Of a stretch of DNA of 64,000 nt, positions 10,506 through 20,061 are shown one piece after another; position 1 is the first letter of the stretch, and the number at the start of each line of letters is the position of its first letter. The notes below the pieces were generated by a model that was given only the letters and a program-made list of their open reading frames with translations, ran no database searches and was not told where the DNA came from. The stretch is from Alphaproteobacteria bacterium (GTDB taxonomy: Bacteria; Pseudomonadota; Alphaproteobacteria; CALKHQ01), in contig CBDDFZ010000001.1 of the NCBI GenBank assembly GCA_965227515.1, forward strand, positions 2,624,001 to 2,688,000. The letters are read 5' to 3'. Both the position numbers and the translations under genes were made by a program.

Positions 10506-11249
10506 ATGTCGCGCCACGTCACCCGCATGACCATCGACGACGTCACCCACATCGACGACGAGCAGAAGGCCAGGATCGTCGACAGCTACCCGCCGCACGA
10601 GCGCGAGGCGCGATTGCGCGGCATGCCGCAACTCGGTTCTGGGCGCGTGTTCCCGGTCGGCGAGGCGGACATCGCCTGCACCGCGATGGCGGCGCCGGAC
10701 CATTGGTGCCACATCGGCGGCATCGACTTCGGCTGGGACCATCCGACCGCGGCTGTCAAGCTGCTGTGGGACCGCGACGGCGACATTGTCTATGTCGCCC
10801 AGAGCTACCGCGTGCGCGAGGCGACGCCGGTGATCCATGCCGCGGCCCTGCGCCCCTGGGGGGGCGACATGCCGTGGTCGTGGCCGCAGGACGGCTACCA
10901 GCACGACAAGCAGTCCGGCGTCTCGATCGCCGCCGCCTACCGGGCCCAGGGCCTGAAAATGCTGGACAGCCATGCTCAGTTCGAGGACGGCAATTCCGGC
11001 GTCGAGGCCGGGCTGATGCAGATGCTGGAGCGGATGCAGACCGGCCGCCTGAAGGTTTTCGAGCACCTGACGGACTGGTTCGACGAGTTCCGGCTCTACC
11101 ACCGCAAGGACGGCCGTGTGGTGATGGAGCGCGACGACCTGATGGCCGCGACCCGCTACGCGCTGATGTCGCTGCGCTACAGCCGCGCTGTGCGCCGCCC
11201 GGCCCGCGCGAGGCGCGCGCTGACCGAGTACGCGATCTTCGGTGATTGA
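10506..11249 (+). CDS. Large terminase, C-terminal (lid + RNase H-like nuclease) half
   Basis: MTIDD..H.....YPPHEREAR.RG.P.LGSGRVF, GIDFGWDHPTA, WPQDG, DDLMAATRYA; acidic catalytic residues present. Confidence 0.88.
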   Translation: MSRHVTRMTIDDVTHIDDEQKARIVDSYPPHEREARLRGMPQLGSGRVFPVGEADIACTAMAAPDHWCHIGGIDFGWDHPTAAVKLLWDRDGDIVYVAQSYRVREATPVIHAAALRPWGGDMPWSWPQDGYQHDKQSGVSIAAAYRAQGLKMLDSHAQFEDGNSGVEAGLMQMLERMQTGRLKVFEHLTDWFDEFRLYHRKDGRVVMERDDLMAATRYALMSLRYSRAVRRPARARRALTEYAIFGD

Positions 11250-11276
11250 AGGTGTGTTGCTATCGCGGAACCGGCA

Positions 11277-11346
11277 CCAGCCCTCTCCCCCACCCGACCG
11301 CCCACGTGAGTATCCTGCTGGGCGGTCGGGTGGGGGAGAGGGCTGG
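11277..11346. repeat. Perfect 28-bp-stem palindrome (REP-like), copy 1
   Basis: CCAGCCCTCTCCCCCACCCGACCGCCCA, 14-nt loop, exact reverse complement; near-identical copy at 32425-32495. Confidence 0.9.
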
Positions 11347-11395
11347 CGCAGACTGATCGCGCGATGCTCCACCGGAGCATCGATTGCGAAAAAGT

Positions 11396-11410
11396 GAACA
11401 TATCATGATC
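11396..11410 (+). promoter_or_regulatory. LexA-like box (1 mismatch) upstream of the head genes
   Basis: GAAC-ATATCAT-GATC, immediately upstream of the AAGGAG RBS of the 11422 ORF. Confidence 0.45.
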
Positions 11411-11421
11411 AAACAAGGAGA

Positions 11422-11637
11422 ATGACCATGGGTGGATTGTTGTCACCGCCACAGAAGGCCTCCCCACCGCCGCTGCCGGCGCCGGTGCCCCGCGACGATG
11501 CCGAGGTGCAGCGCGTCGCCGCCGAGGAACGCCGCCGCCGCCGTGCCCAGTCCGGCCGCAGCAGCACCATCAAGACCTCCGGCCAGGGCGTCACCGAACA
11601 GGCACCGGTCGGCCACAAGCGCCTGCTTGGCGAATAG
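11422..11637 (+). CDS. Small podovirus pre-portal virion protein (T7 gp7.3-like position)
   Basis: MGGL.SPP Pro-rich start, RRR..GR.STI.T.G.G, C-terminal KRLLGE: the typical small gene preceding T7/BPP-1-type portals. Strong RBS. Confidence 0.65.
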   Translation: MTMGGLLSPPQKASPPPLPAPVPRDDAEVQRVAAEERRRRRAQSGRSSTIKTSGQGVTEQAPVGHKRLLGE

Positions 11638-11677
11638 GTGGCCGTTGCCGCTATCGCCATGCAACGAGGATGACGAG

Positions 11678-13342
11678 ATGAGAGACACCGCACGGGAATT
11701 GCGGGCACGGTTCGAGGCGTTGGCTGGCCGGCGCGGGCCGTGGGAGGCGCATTGGCAGGAGATCGCCGAGCGCGTGCTGCCGCGCCAGGCCGGCTTCACC
11801 GGCCGCACCACGCCGGGCGCCAAGCGCAACGAGAAGATCTTCGACAGCACGGCCCCGCTGGCGCTGGAGCGTTTCGCGGCGGCGATGGAGTCGATGCTGA
11901 CGCCGCGAGGCCAGCGCTGGCATCATTTGCGGGTCGCGGACGAGGAGCTTGGCCGGCGCGACGACGTGCGCGCCTGGCTGGAGGCGGTGGAGCGCAGGCT
12001 GTTCGCCAGCCGCTATGCGCCGCGCGCCAACTACGCCTCGCAGCAGCACGAGATCTACATGTCGCTGGGGGCGTTCGGCACCGGGGCCATGTTCCTGGGC
12101 GACGACCCGGTGGCGGGGCCGACCTACCGCGCCATCCACCTGGGCGAGCTTTACGTCGACGAGGACGCGCACGGCCGCATCGACACCGTGTTCCGCAAAT
12201 TCGAGCTGACCGCCCGCCAGGCGCGCCAGTTCTTCGGCGCCGACCGGCTGCCGGACACGATCCTGCGCGCGGGCGAGGATGCGGGCGACCGCAAGTTCGC
12301 CTTCCTGCACGCCGTGTTCCCGCGCACCGCGCGCAATCCGGCGAAGCTGGACAGCCGCAACATGTGCTTCGCCTCGTGGTACCTGGCGCTCGACGGCAAC
12401 GAGCTGATCGGCGAGGGCGGGTACCGCACCTTCCCCTACATGATCAGCCGCTACGTCACCGCGCCGGGCGAGGTTTATGGCCGCTCGCCGGCGATGGCGG
12501 TGCTGCCCGACATCAAGATGCTGAACGAGGCGGCGCGCACCATCATCCGTGCCGCCCACCGGCAGGTCGACCCGCCTATTCTGGTCCACGACGACGGCGT
12601 GCTCGGGCCGCTGAACCTGCAGCCAAACGCGGTCAACGTCGGTGGGCTGTCACCGACCGGCGAGCCATTGGCAAAGCCTTTTAACAGCGGAGGGAAGATC
12701 GACATCGGTCAGGAACTGCTGGAGGCGTGGCGGGGCTCGATCAAGGACGCATTCCTGGTCAGCCTGTTCCAGGTGCTGACCGACCATCCGAACATGACCG
12801 CCACCGAGGCGTTGGTGCGGGTGCAGGAGAAGGGCGCGTTGATCGCGCCCGCCGTCGGCCGCCAGCACTCCGAGGCGCTGGGGCCGATGATCGCGCGCGA
12901 GATCGACATCCTGACCCATCGCCGTGCTCTGCCGCCGGCGCCGCCGGTGTTGGCCGAGGCGCGGGCCGACCTCGAAATCCGCTACGACAGCCCGATGGCC
13001 CGCGCCCAGCGTGCTCAGGACGTCAGCGGCATCGCGCGGCTGGTGGAAACAGTCGCGCCGCTGTTGCGCATGCATCCTTCGGTGGTCGACCTGTTCGATG
13101 CCGACGCCATCGTGCGGCTGGCCGGCGAGGCCTATGGCGTGCCGCATGGCGCGCTGCGCGCCGAGGCCGACGTCGAGGCGCATCGCGCGCGGGCCGCCGA
13201 GGAAGGCACAGAGCCTGCACCGGGCGACGATGTGCTGGGCCAGCTTGCCGGGACTCTCGGCGCTCTTGCCCCGACCATGGCGGACGATCCCACGTCGGTG
13301 CCCCTTGAGACCGGGGTTGTCGCGCCGGGGGCGACGCCATGA
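11678..13342 (+). CDS. Portal / head-to-tail connector protein (T7/BPP-1-like podovirus type)
   Basis: WEAHWQEIAE..LP, IFDSTA..A, LGAFGTG, GEVYGRSPAM..LPDIKMLN, MTATE...R..EK, I.Y.SP.ARAQ motifs. Confidence 0.9.
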   Translation: MRDTARELRARFEALAGRRGPWEAHWQEIAERVLPRQAGFTGRTTPGAKRNEKIFDSTAPLALERFAAAMESMLTPRGQRWHHLRVADEELGRRDDVRAWLEAVERRLFASRYAPRANYASQQHEIYMSLGAFGTGAMFLGDDPVAGPTYRAIHLGELYVDEDAHGRIDTVFRKFELTARQARQFFGADRLPDTILRAGEDAGDRKFAFLHAVFPRTARNPAKLDSRNMCFASWYLALDGNELIGEGGYRTFPYMISRYVTAPGEVYGRSPAMAVLPDIKMLNEAARTIIRAAHRQVDPPILVHDDGVLGPLNLQPNAVNVGGLSPTGEPLAKPFNSGGKIDIGQELLEAWRGSIKDAFLVSLFQVLTDHPNMTATEALVRVQEKGALIAPAVGRQHSEALGPMIAREIDILTHRRALPPAPPVLAEARADLEIRYDSPMARAQRAQDVSGIARLVETVAPLLRMHPSVVDLFDADAIVRLAGEAYGVPHGALRAEADVEAHRARAAEEGTEPAPGDDVLGQLAGTLGALAPTMADDPTSVPLETGVVAPGATP

Positions 13343-13632
13343 TGTGGCTGACCCGCCGTGGCCTGCGCAAGCGCCAGGAGGTCTACCGCCGCGTGTTCGA
13401 GACCCCGGCCGGCCAGGAAGTGCTGTCCGACCTCGCCACCTTCTGCCGCGCCTTCACCAGCACATTCGTGCGCGGCGACCCCTATTCCACCGCGCTCGGC
13501 GAGGGCCGGCGCGAAGTGTTCAACCGCATCGCCGGGCTGATCGCCCTGGATGAGGACGGCTACGCCCGGCTGATGGCGCAGCACCTGCTGGAGCCGGATC
13601 AGGCCGGCCACCGGCTCGCCGAAAAGGAGTGA
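13339..13632 (+). CDS. Bbp19-like small phage protein
   Basis: Y.RVF.TP.G.EVL.DL..FC....STF..GDP..TA..EGRR.V pattern; ATGA overlap with the portal stop. Confidence 0.75.
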   Translation: MMWLTRRGLRKRQEVYRRVFETPAGQEVLSDLATFCRAFTSTFVRGDPYSTALGEGRREVFNRIAGLIALDEDGYARLMAQHLLEPDQAGHRLAEKE

Positions 13633-13635
13633 GAC

Positions 13636-14508
13636 ATGCAAACCGAAACCATGACCCAAACGACCGCCGCCTCGCCCGGACCAAACGCGGCGAGCGCGTT
13701 GCCGGCCTGGGCCGCCAGCCTGCCGGACGATATCCGCGCCCTGGTCGCCAAGAAGAAGTGGCCGGATATCGCGGCTGCCCTGCGGTCATACCAGCATGTC
13801 GAGCGCCGGCTCGGCGAACTGAAGCGCAAGGCGCTGGTGGAGGTGCCGGCGGAGGATGCCGATCCGGCGGCGTGGTCGGCGCTGTTCGACAAGCTCGGCC
13901 GGCCGGCCCGGCCCGATGACTACGATCTTGCCGGCATGGAGGCCGGTGAGGCGGAAGAAACGCCTGCGATGACCGCGTTTCGCCAACTCGCCCACGACAT
14001 TGGACTCAGCGCGACCCAGGTGAGCGCGCTCAGCGGTTGGTGGCAGGGCTTGGTCGAGGACTGCCGCGCCTTGCACGAGGACGATGCGGATGCGGATGCT
14101 GCGGCCGCGGCCGTATCCGTCGAGGAGGTGCTGCGCCAGCACTGGGGCGCCGACTATGAGCGCCGCCGCGCCATGGCCGAGCGCGCCTACATGCAGTTCG
14201 CCGACCCGCGCGTCGGCATCGGCGACCGTGGGCTCGCCGCGCTGGAGGAACTGAGCGACGCCGCCGCGGTGATGGACATGCTCGCCGACATCGGCCAGGC
14301 GATGAGCGAGGACGTGCGGGTTGGCGGCGAGGGTACTGTCGACTTCGGCCTGTCTCAGGACGACGCGCGCAGCCAGCTTAGTCAGCTCAAGCGCGACAAG
14401 GCGTTCATGGACGCCTATCTCGACAAGCGCCACCAGGACCACGACCGCGCCGTACAGCGTGCGCGGGCGCTCAACCGCATCGCCGCCGGCGTCGACCCGC
14501 ACGGCTGA
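13636..14508 (+). CDS. Putative capsid scaffolding/assembly protein
   Basis: W..SLP.D, SY..+E..LG, LGRP..PDDY, AH..GLS..Q, L...WG.DY, G..M.ED, D..H..H..AV: pattern of podoviral scaffold genes that normally precede the major capsid gene. Confidence 0.7.
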   Translation: MQTETMTQTTAASPGPNAASALPAWAASLPDDIRALVAKKKWPDIAAALRSYQHVERRLGELKRKALVEVPAEDADPAAWSALFDKLGRPARPDDYDLAGMEAGEAEETPAMTAFRQLAHDIGLSATQVSALSGWWQGLVEDCRALHEDDADADAAAAAVSVEEVLRQHWGADYERRRAMAERAYMQFADPRVGIGDRGLAALEELSDAAAVMDMLADIGQAMSEDVRVGGEGTVDFGLSQDDARSQLSQLKRDKAFMDAYLDKRHQDHDRAVQRARALNRIAAGVDPHG

Positions 14509-14588
14509 CGCTTTCGCGGCCCGCATTGAACCCTCCCGCCGCCAGTTGCGACCCCATGAGTGGAGCAACTGGAGGGTGGGAGGCGATC

Positions 14589-15665
14589 ATGAGCTTTGCG
14601 GCGAAGCTGGATCCTAAATTTTCGACCAAGGTGCTGGAGTCCGTGTTCCCAGACCCAATTATTGGCGGGTTCGGGGCGCAGGAAATCCACGGCACCGAGA
14701 ACAAGGACATCATCTGGGGCGATGATGGGCCGACCGCGGCGGGCCCGTTCTGGACCATTCGCGGCAATCACGCCGACATCCTGTACGGCCATGGCGGCGA
14801 CGACACCATGTATGGCGAGCACGGCGCCGACACCCTGTTTGGCGGCGAGGGCGCCGACCATCTCGATGGCGGCACCGGAAACGATTTTCTGGATGGCGGT
14901 GCCGGCAGCGACAATCTGTTCGGTGGTGCCGGCAACGACCTGATATTCGGCGGCGACGGCATCGACAACCTGCATGGCGAGGCTGGCGACGACAGCCTGT
15001 TCGGCGGGGACGACTTCGATTGGATCAACGGCGGCGCCGGCGATGACTGGATCGATGGCGGCGACGGCAACGACTATCTGATGGGCGAGGCCGCCGGCGA
15101 CCTGGACCACGGCGACGACATCATCTACGGCGGCCTGGGCGACGACGAACTGCGCGGGCGCAGCGGCAACGACAGCCTGTTCGGCGGTGTCGGCAACGAC
15201 GTGCTGAAGGGCGAGTTCGGCGAGGACTATCTGTCCGGCGGCGATGGCGACGACATCCTGTACGGCGGCTATGACGGGGCCGACATCGCACCGACCGGCA
15301 GCTACACCGACGGCTGGGAGATCGCGGTCAAGCTGGACGACGGCAACGATGTGCTGGATGGCGGGGCCGGCAACGACCTGCTGATCGGCGGCGGCGGCGC
15401 CAACATCTTGACCGGCGGCAGTGGCGCCGACGGGTTCGCCCTCGACAACTACATCTCCAACCTGTCGGCGGTGCCGGACTACTTCCAGCCCAACATCATC
15501 ACCGACTACAGTTGGTCAGGCGACGGCGACAAGATCGAAGGCCACCACGCGGTCAGCGTCGGCGGCAACACCACCCACGTCTATGCCGACGACGACCAGT
15601 TGCTGTTCATCCTGACCGACCACGACCTCGCGACCGATGGCATCCACCTGGTCTGGTTCGGGTAG
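14589..15665 (+). CDS. RTX-type Ca2+-binding (GGXGXD nonapeptide) secreted protein
   Basis: More than 15 L.GG.G.D repeats, no N-terminal signal peptide, GGGAGG RBS. Confidence 0.88.
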   Translation: MSFAAKLDPKFSTKVLESVFPDPIIGGFGAQEIHGTENKDIIWGDDGPTAAGPFWTIRGNHADILYGHGGDDTMYGEHGADTLFGGEGADHLDGGTGNDFLDGGAGSDNLFGGAGNDLIFGGDGIDNLHGEAGDDSLFGGDDFDWINGGAGDDWIDGGDGNDYLMGEAAGDLDHGDDIIYGGLGDDELRGRSGNDSLFGGVGNDVLKGEFGEDYLSGGDGDDILYGGYDGADIAPTGSYTDGWEIAVKLDDGNDVLDGGAGNDLLIGGGGANILTGGSGADGFALDNYISNLSAVPDYFQPNIITDYSWSGDGDKIEGHHAVSVGGNTTHVYADDDQLLFILTDHDLATDGIHLVWFG

Positions 15666-15668
15666 GCG

Positions 15669-17810
15669 CTATTCACCAATCCCGAGCGCGCCGAGCAGGA
15701 ACGCATAGCGCATCGCCCAGGCGCGATAGCGCTCATGGCGCCCGGAATCGCCGCCATGGCCCGAATCCATGTCGGTGTGCAGCAGCAACAGCAGGTCGTC
15801 GCCGTTCAGCGCTCGTATCCGCGCCACATACTTTGCCACTTCCCAGAACCGCACCTGCTCGTCGCCCACCGCCGTGGTCAGCAACATCGCCGGATAGTCG
15901 CGGTCGGCCAGGTTGTAGTAGGGGTCGTAGGCGCGGATCCACCCATACTCCTCGGCCTCGTTCGGGTTGCCCCACTCGTTGTATTCGCCGGTGGTCAGCG
16001 GCAGCGACGGGTCCAGCATCACGTTCAGCACGTCGACGAAGGGCACGTCCAGAATGGCGGCGGCGAACAGGTCCGGGCGCATGTTCAGGACCGCGCCGAC
16101 AGTCAGGCCACCGGCCGAGCCGCCGGTCAGCGCCAGGCGGTCCGCCGACGTGTAGCCTTCCGCGATCAGGTGCTCGGCCACCGCGATCACGTCGGTGAAC
16201 GTGTTCATTTTGTTGGCCATACGGCCGCCGTCATACCAGGGGTCGCCCAGCTCGCCGCCGCCGCGCACATGCGCCATGGCATAGATCACGCCGCGGTCCA
16301 TCAGGCTGAGCTTGGTGAAGTCGAAATAGACGCTGTTGGCATACCCATAGGCGCCATAGGCTTCGATCAGCAGCGGCGCGCTGCCGTCCAAAGGCGTGCC
16401 CCGCGCCATTGCCAGCGAGATCGGGATCTGGGTGCCGTCCGGCGCGGTGGCGAACAGGCGCCGCACCTCATAGTCCTCGCTGTCGAACGGCCCGGCGATG
16501 GGCGCGCGGTCGACCAGCGTCGACTCCGCCGTCGCCATGTCGAGCGCATAGATGCTCTGCGGGGCGATCATGGACTCGTAAACGTAGAGGTACGCGTCGG
16601 TGTCGTCGGACGGGTTCCACTCGCTGTAGACCGTGTAGGCCGGGTCGGGGAAAGCCACCTGGCGCACCGCGCCGGTTGCGCGGTCGTAGATCTCCATCTT
16701 CTTCAGGCCGTCCTCGACGATGTAGATCTGGATGAAGCGGGTGAAGATGTTGGCGCCGGTCAGCGCGATGTCGTCGCGCGCCGGCACCAGGGTCTCCCAC
16801 GCGGCACTATCGACGCCGGCGACGATCTCGGGAATCGAGGTCGCGGCCAGGCGGTAGAACTCGCTGGTGTCGTTGATGCGCACCACCAGCTGGTTGCCGG
16901 CATGGGTCGCGCCATACCAGATGCCTTCCTCGCGCGGCCGCACCAGGATCGGTTCGGCATCCGGGTCGTAGATATCCAGCAGCCTGATCTCCGACGTGTC
17001 GCTGGCGGCGCTGAAGATGGCCAGGAACCGGTTGTCGGAGGTCAGAAAGCTGCTGAGCCAGTACTCCGGGTCGTCCTCGGTGTAGATGACCTGGTCGGGG
17101 CCATCGCTGCCCGGCACATGGCGCCGCAGCTCATAGCCGCGCAGGGTATCGTCGGTGGCGATGTAGTAGAGAGCGGAGGCGTCCGGCGCCCAGAGCGCGC
17201 TATCGGTGCCTTCGATGGGCGCACCGATGTCCTCGCCGGTTTCCAGGTCGTGCAGGATGGTGTGGTAGTCGATGCCGCCTGTGGTCGATACGGCATAGGC
17301 CAGATACCGCCCATCCTCCGACACGTCCCAGAACGGCACGCTGAAATAGTCGTGGCCCTCCGCCAGGGCATTGACGTCGATGACCGTTTCCACCGGCCCG
17401 TCGCGGCTGCCCGCGTGGCGATAGAGGCTCCAGTAGTCCTCGTCCGCGCCGACCTGCCAGAAGTACCAGTAGTCGCCAAAGCGGATCGGATAGGTGCGGT
17501 CGCTGTCGGCGAGCCTGCCCGTCATCTCGTCGAACAGGGCCTGTTCCAACGCCGACACGGGCGCCATCACCGTGTCGAGATAAGCGTTCTCCGCCGCGAC
17601 GTAGTCGAGCACGCGCTGGTCGTCCTCGCCGCTCATCCAGGCGTAGTCGTCGACCAGCCGGTCGCCGTGCATCTCGATGACCAGTTCCTCGATGGGGGCG
17701 ACCGGTGGCGTAGCGGCCAGTGGATCGAGCAGGGAGGCCGGTTGCGGCGGCAGGTCCTGCGCCCAACCGATCGACGGCACCAACAGCAGCGCGACAACAA
17801 TTCTGCGCAT
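15669..17810 (-). CDS. ptrB: S9A oligopeptidase B with signal peptide
   Basis: HGD...D.Y.W, YGAYG, AHVRGGGELG..WY, GGSAGG nucleophile motif, VPFVD, EWGNP, GHGG.SGR. Confidence 0.9.
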   Translation of the reverse strand: MRRIVVALLLVPSIGWAQDLPPQPASLLDPLAATPPVAPIEELVIEMHGDRLVDDYAWMSGEDDQRVLDYVAAENAYLDTVMAPVSALEQALFDEMTGRLADSDRTYPIRFGDYWYFWQVGADEDYWSLYRHAGSRDGPVETVIDVNALAEGHDYFSVPFWDVSEDGRYLAYAVSTTGGIDYHTILHDLETGEDIGAPIEGTDSALWAPDASALYYIATDDTLRGYELRRHVPGSDGPDQVIYTEDDPEYWLSSFLTSDNRFLAIFSAASDTSEIRLLDIYDPDAEPILVRPREEGIWYGATHAGNQLVVRINDTSEFYRLAATSIPEIVAGVDSAAWETLVPARDDIALTGANIFTRFIQIYIVEDGLKKMEIYDRATGAVRQVAFPDPAYTVYSEWNPSDDTDAYLYVYESMIAPQSIYALDMATAESTLVDRAPIAGPFDSEDYEVRRLFATAPDGTQIPISLAMARGTPLDGSAPLLIEAYGAYGYANSVYFDFTKLSLMDRGVIYAMAHVRGGGELGDPWYDGGRMANKMNTFTDVIAVAEHLIAEGYTSADRLALTGGSAGGLTVGAVLNMRPDLFAAAILDVPFVDVLNVMLDPSLPLTTGEYNEWGNPNEAEEYGWIRAYDPYYNLADRDYPAMLLTTAVGDEQVRFWEVAKYVARIRALNGDDLLLLLHTDMDSGHGGDSGRHERYRAWAMRYAFLLGALGIGE

Positions 17811-17927
17811 CAGTTTCCCCCACTCAAGCGTGTCATTTTCCAGTCAATACCGCGCACCGATTAGCATCCGAACGCGCCGAAATCATGGCGGTGCGGTCTG
17901 GGTGCGCCATGCACGATCGTAGGACGT

Positions 17928-18323
17928 TCAGGCCGACGGAGGCCAGGGGCCTTCGACCAGGCTGGCTTCCTCGCGCTCGGTCGGCCAGGGCGGCATGGTG
18001 ATGCCGACGGCGCTCAACGGTTCGTTGCCGGTGGCGCGGAACTGGAAGTGGGTGCCGAGCGGAATGGTCAGGCAGGTGCCGACCGAGAGCGCCGCCACCG
18101 CTTCCTGACCGTCGTGCTTGCGCCACATCTCGCCGCTGCCGCCGACCACGTACCAGATCTCCTCGACCGTGCGGTGGGTGACCGCGCGCGAGACCTTGCC
18201 CGGCGCCAGGGTGAAATGCGCCATGCTGCCGCCGGCCAGTTGCAGCAGGACGCGCACGTCCGACCCGTCGGGTGCTTCCACATCCGCCTCGGCGGGAAGC
18301 TGCATGGTGTTGAAAGCGGTCAT
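17928..18323 (-). CDS. Cupin-domain protein
   Basis: APDGSDVR.L, HRTVEEIWY, IP.GTHFQFR, TMPPWP. Confidence 0.85.
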   Translation of the reverse strand: MTAFNTMQLPAEADVEAPDGSDVRVLLQLAGGSMAHFTLAPGKVSRAVTHRTVEEIWYVVGGSGEMWRKHDGQEAVAALSVGTCLTIPLGTHFQFRATGNEPLSAVGITMPPWPTEREEASLVEGPWPPSA

Positions 18324-18452
18324 CGCCGTTGTCCCAGTGCCGTTGCGGCACCACCCTATGCGACCCGGCAAGAAAGAAACAGGCGGTGCACCCTGGGGGG
18401 GGGTGAAACTCGTGGCGCACCGCCTGCAACTCACAGATTCGGAAGCGAGGGT

Positions 18453-19889
<1,437 letters not shown>

Positions 19890-19951
19890 CTCGGTGTCCC
19901 CGTGCTGTGTTGCATTGCACAACAATTGCGATGGCGCAGAGACTGGCTTGC

Positions 19952-20042
19952 GAATTTACAAACCGCAATAAATGATTGAATTTACACCAGAAAACGTGTT
20001 AGTGTTTGTAAAGATCGACGTGCGAATCTGTTAAGGTGTAAA
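19952..20042. promoter_or_regulatory. Putative operator array for the ScfR/RamB-type regulator in the divergent aceA promoter
   Basis: TTTACAAAC (19955) / GTTTGTAAA (20004) and TTTACACC (19981) / GGTGTAAA (20035) inverted pairs; GAATTTACA direct repeat. Confidence 0.5.
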
Positions 20043-20061
20043 GGCTGCGGGAGGGGTGTAG

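Noticed and set aside
8564-10552. 662-aa minus-strand ORF over the terminase region
   Set aside because: Antisense shadow of recognisable plus-strand genes; no motifs; typical of high-GC DNA.
8547-14508. Intact inducible prophage
   Set aside because: No integrase, repressor, replication, capsid, tail or lysis genes, and no flanking att repeats seen in the window.
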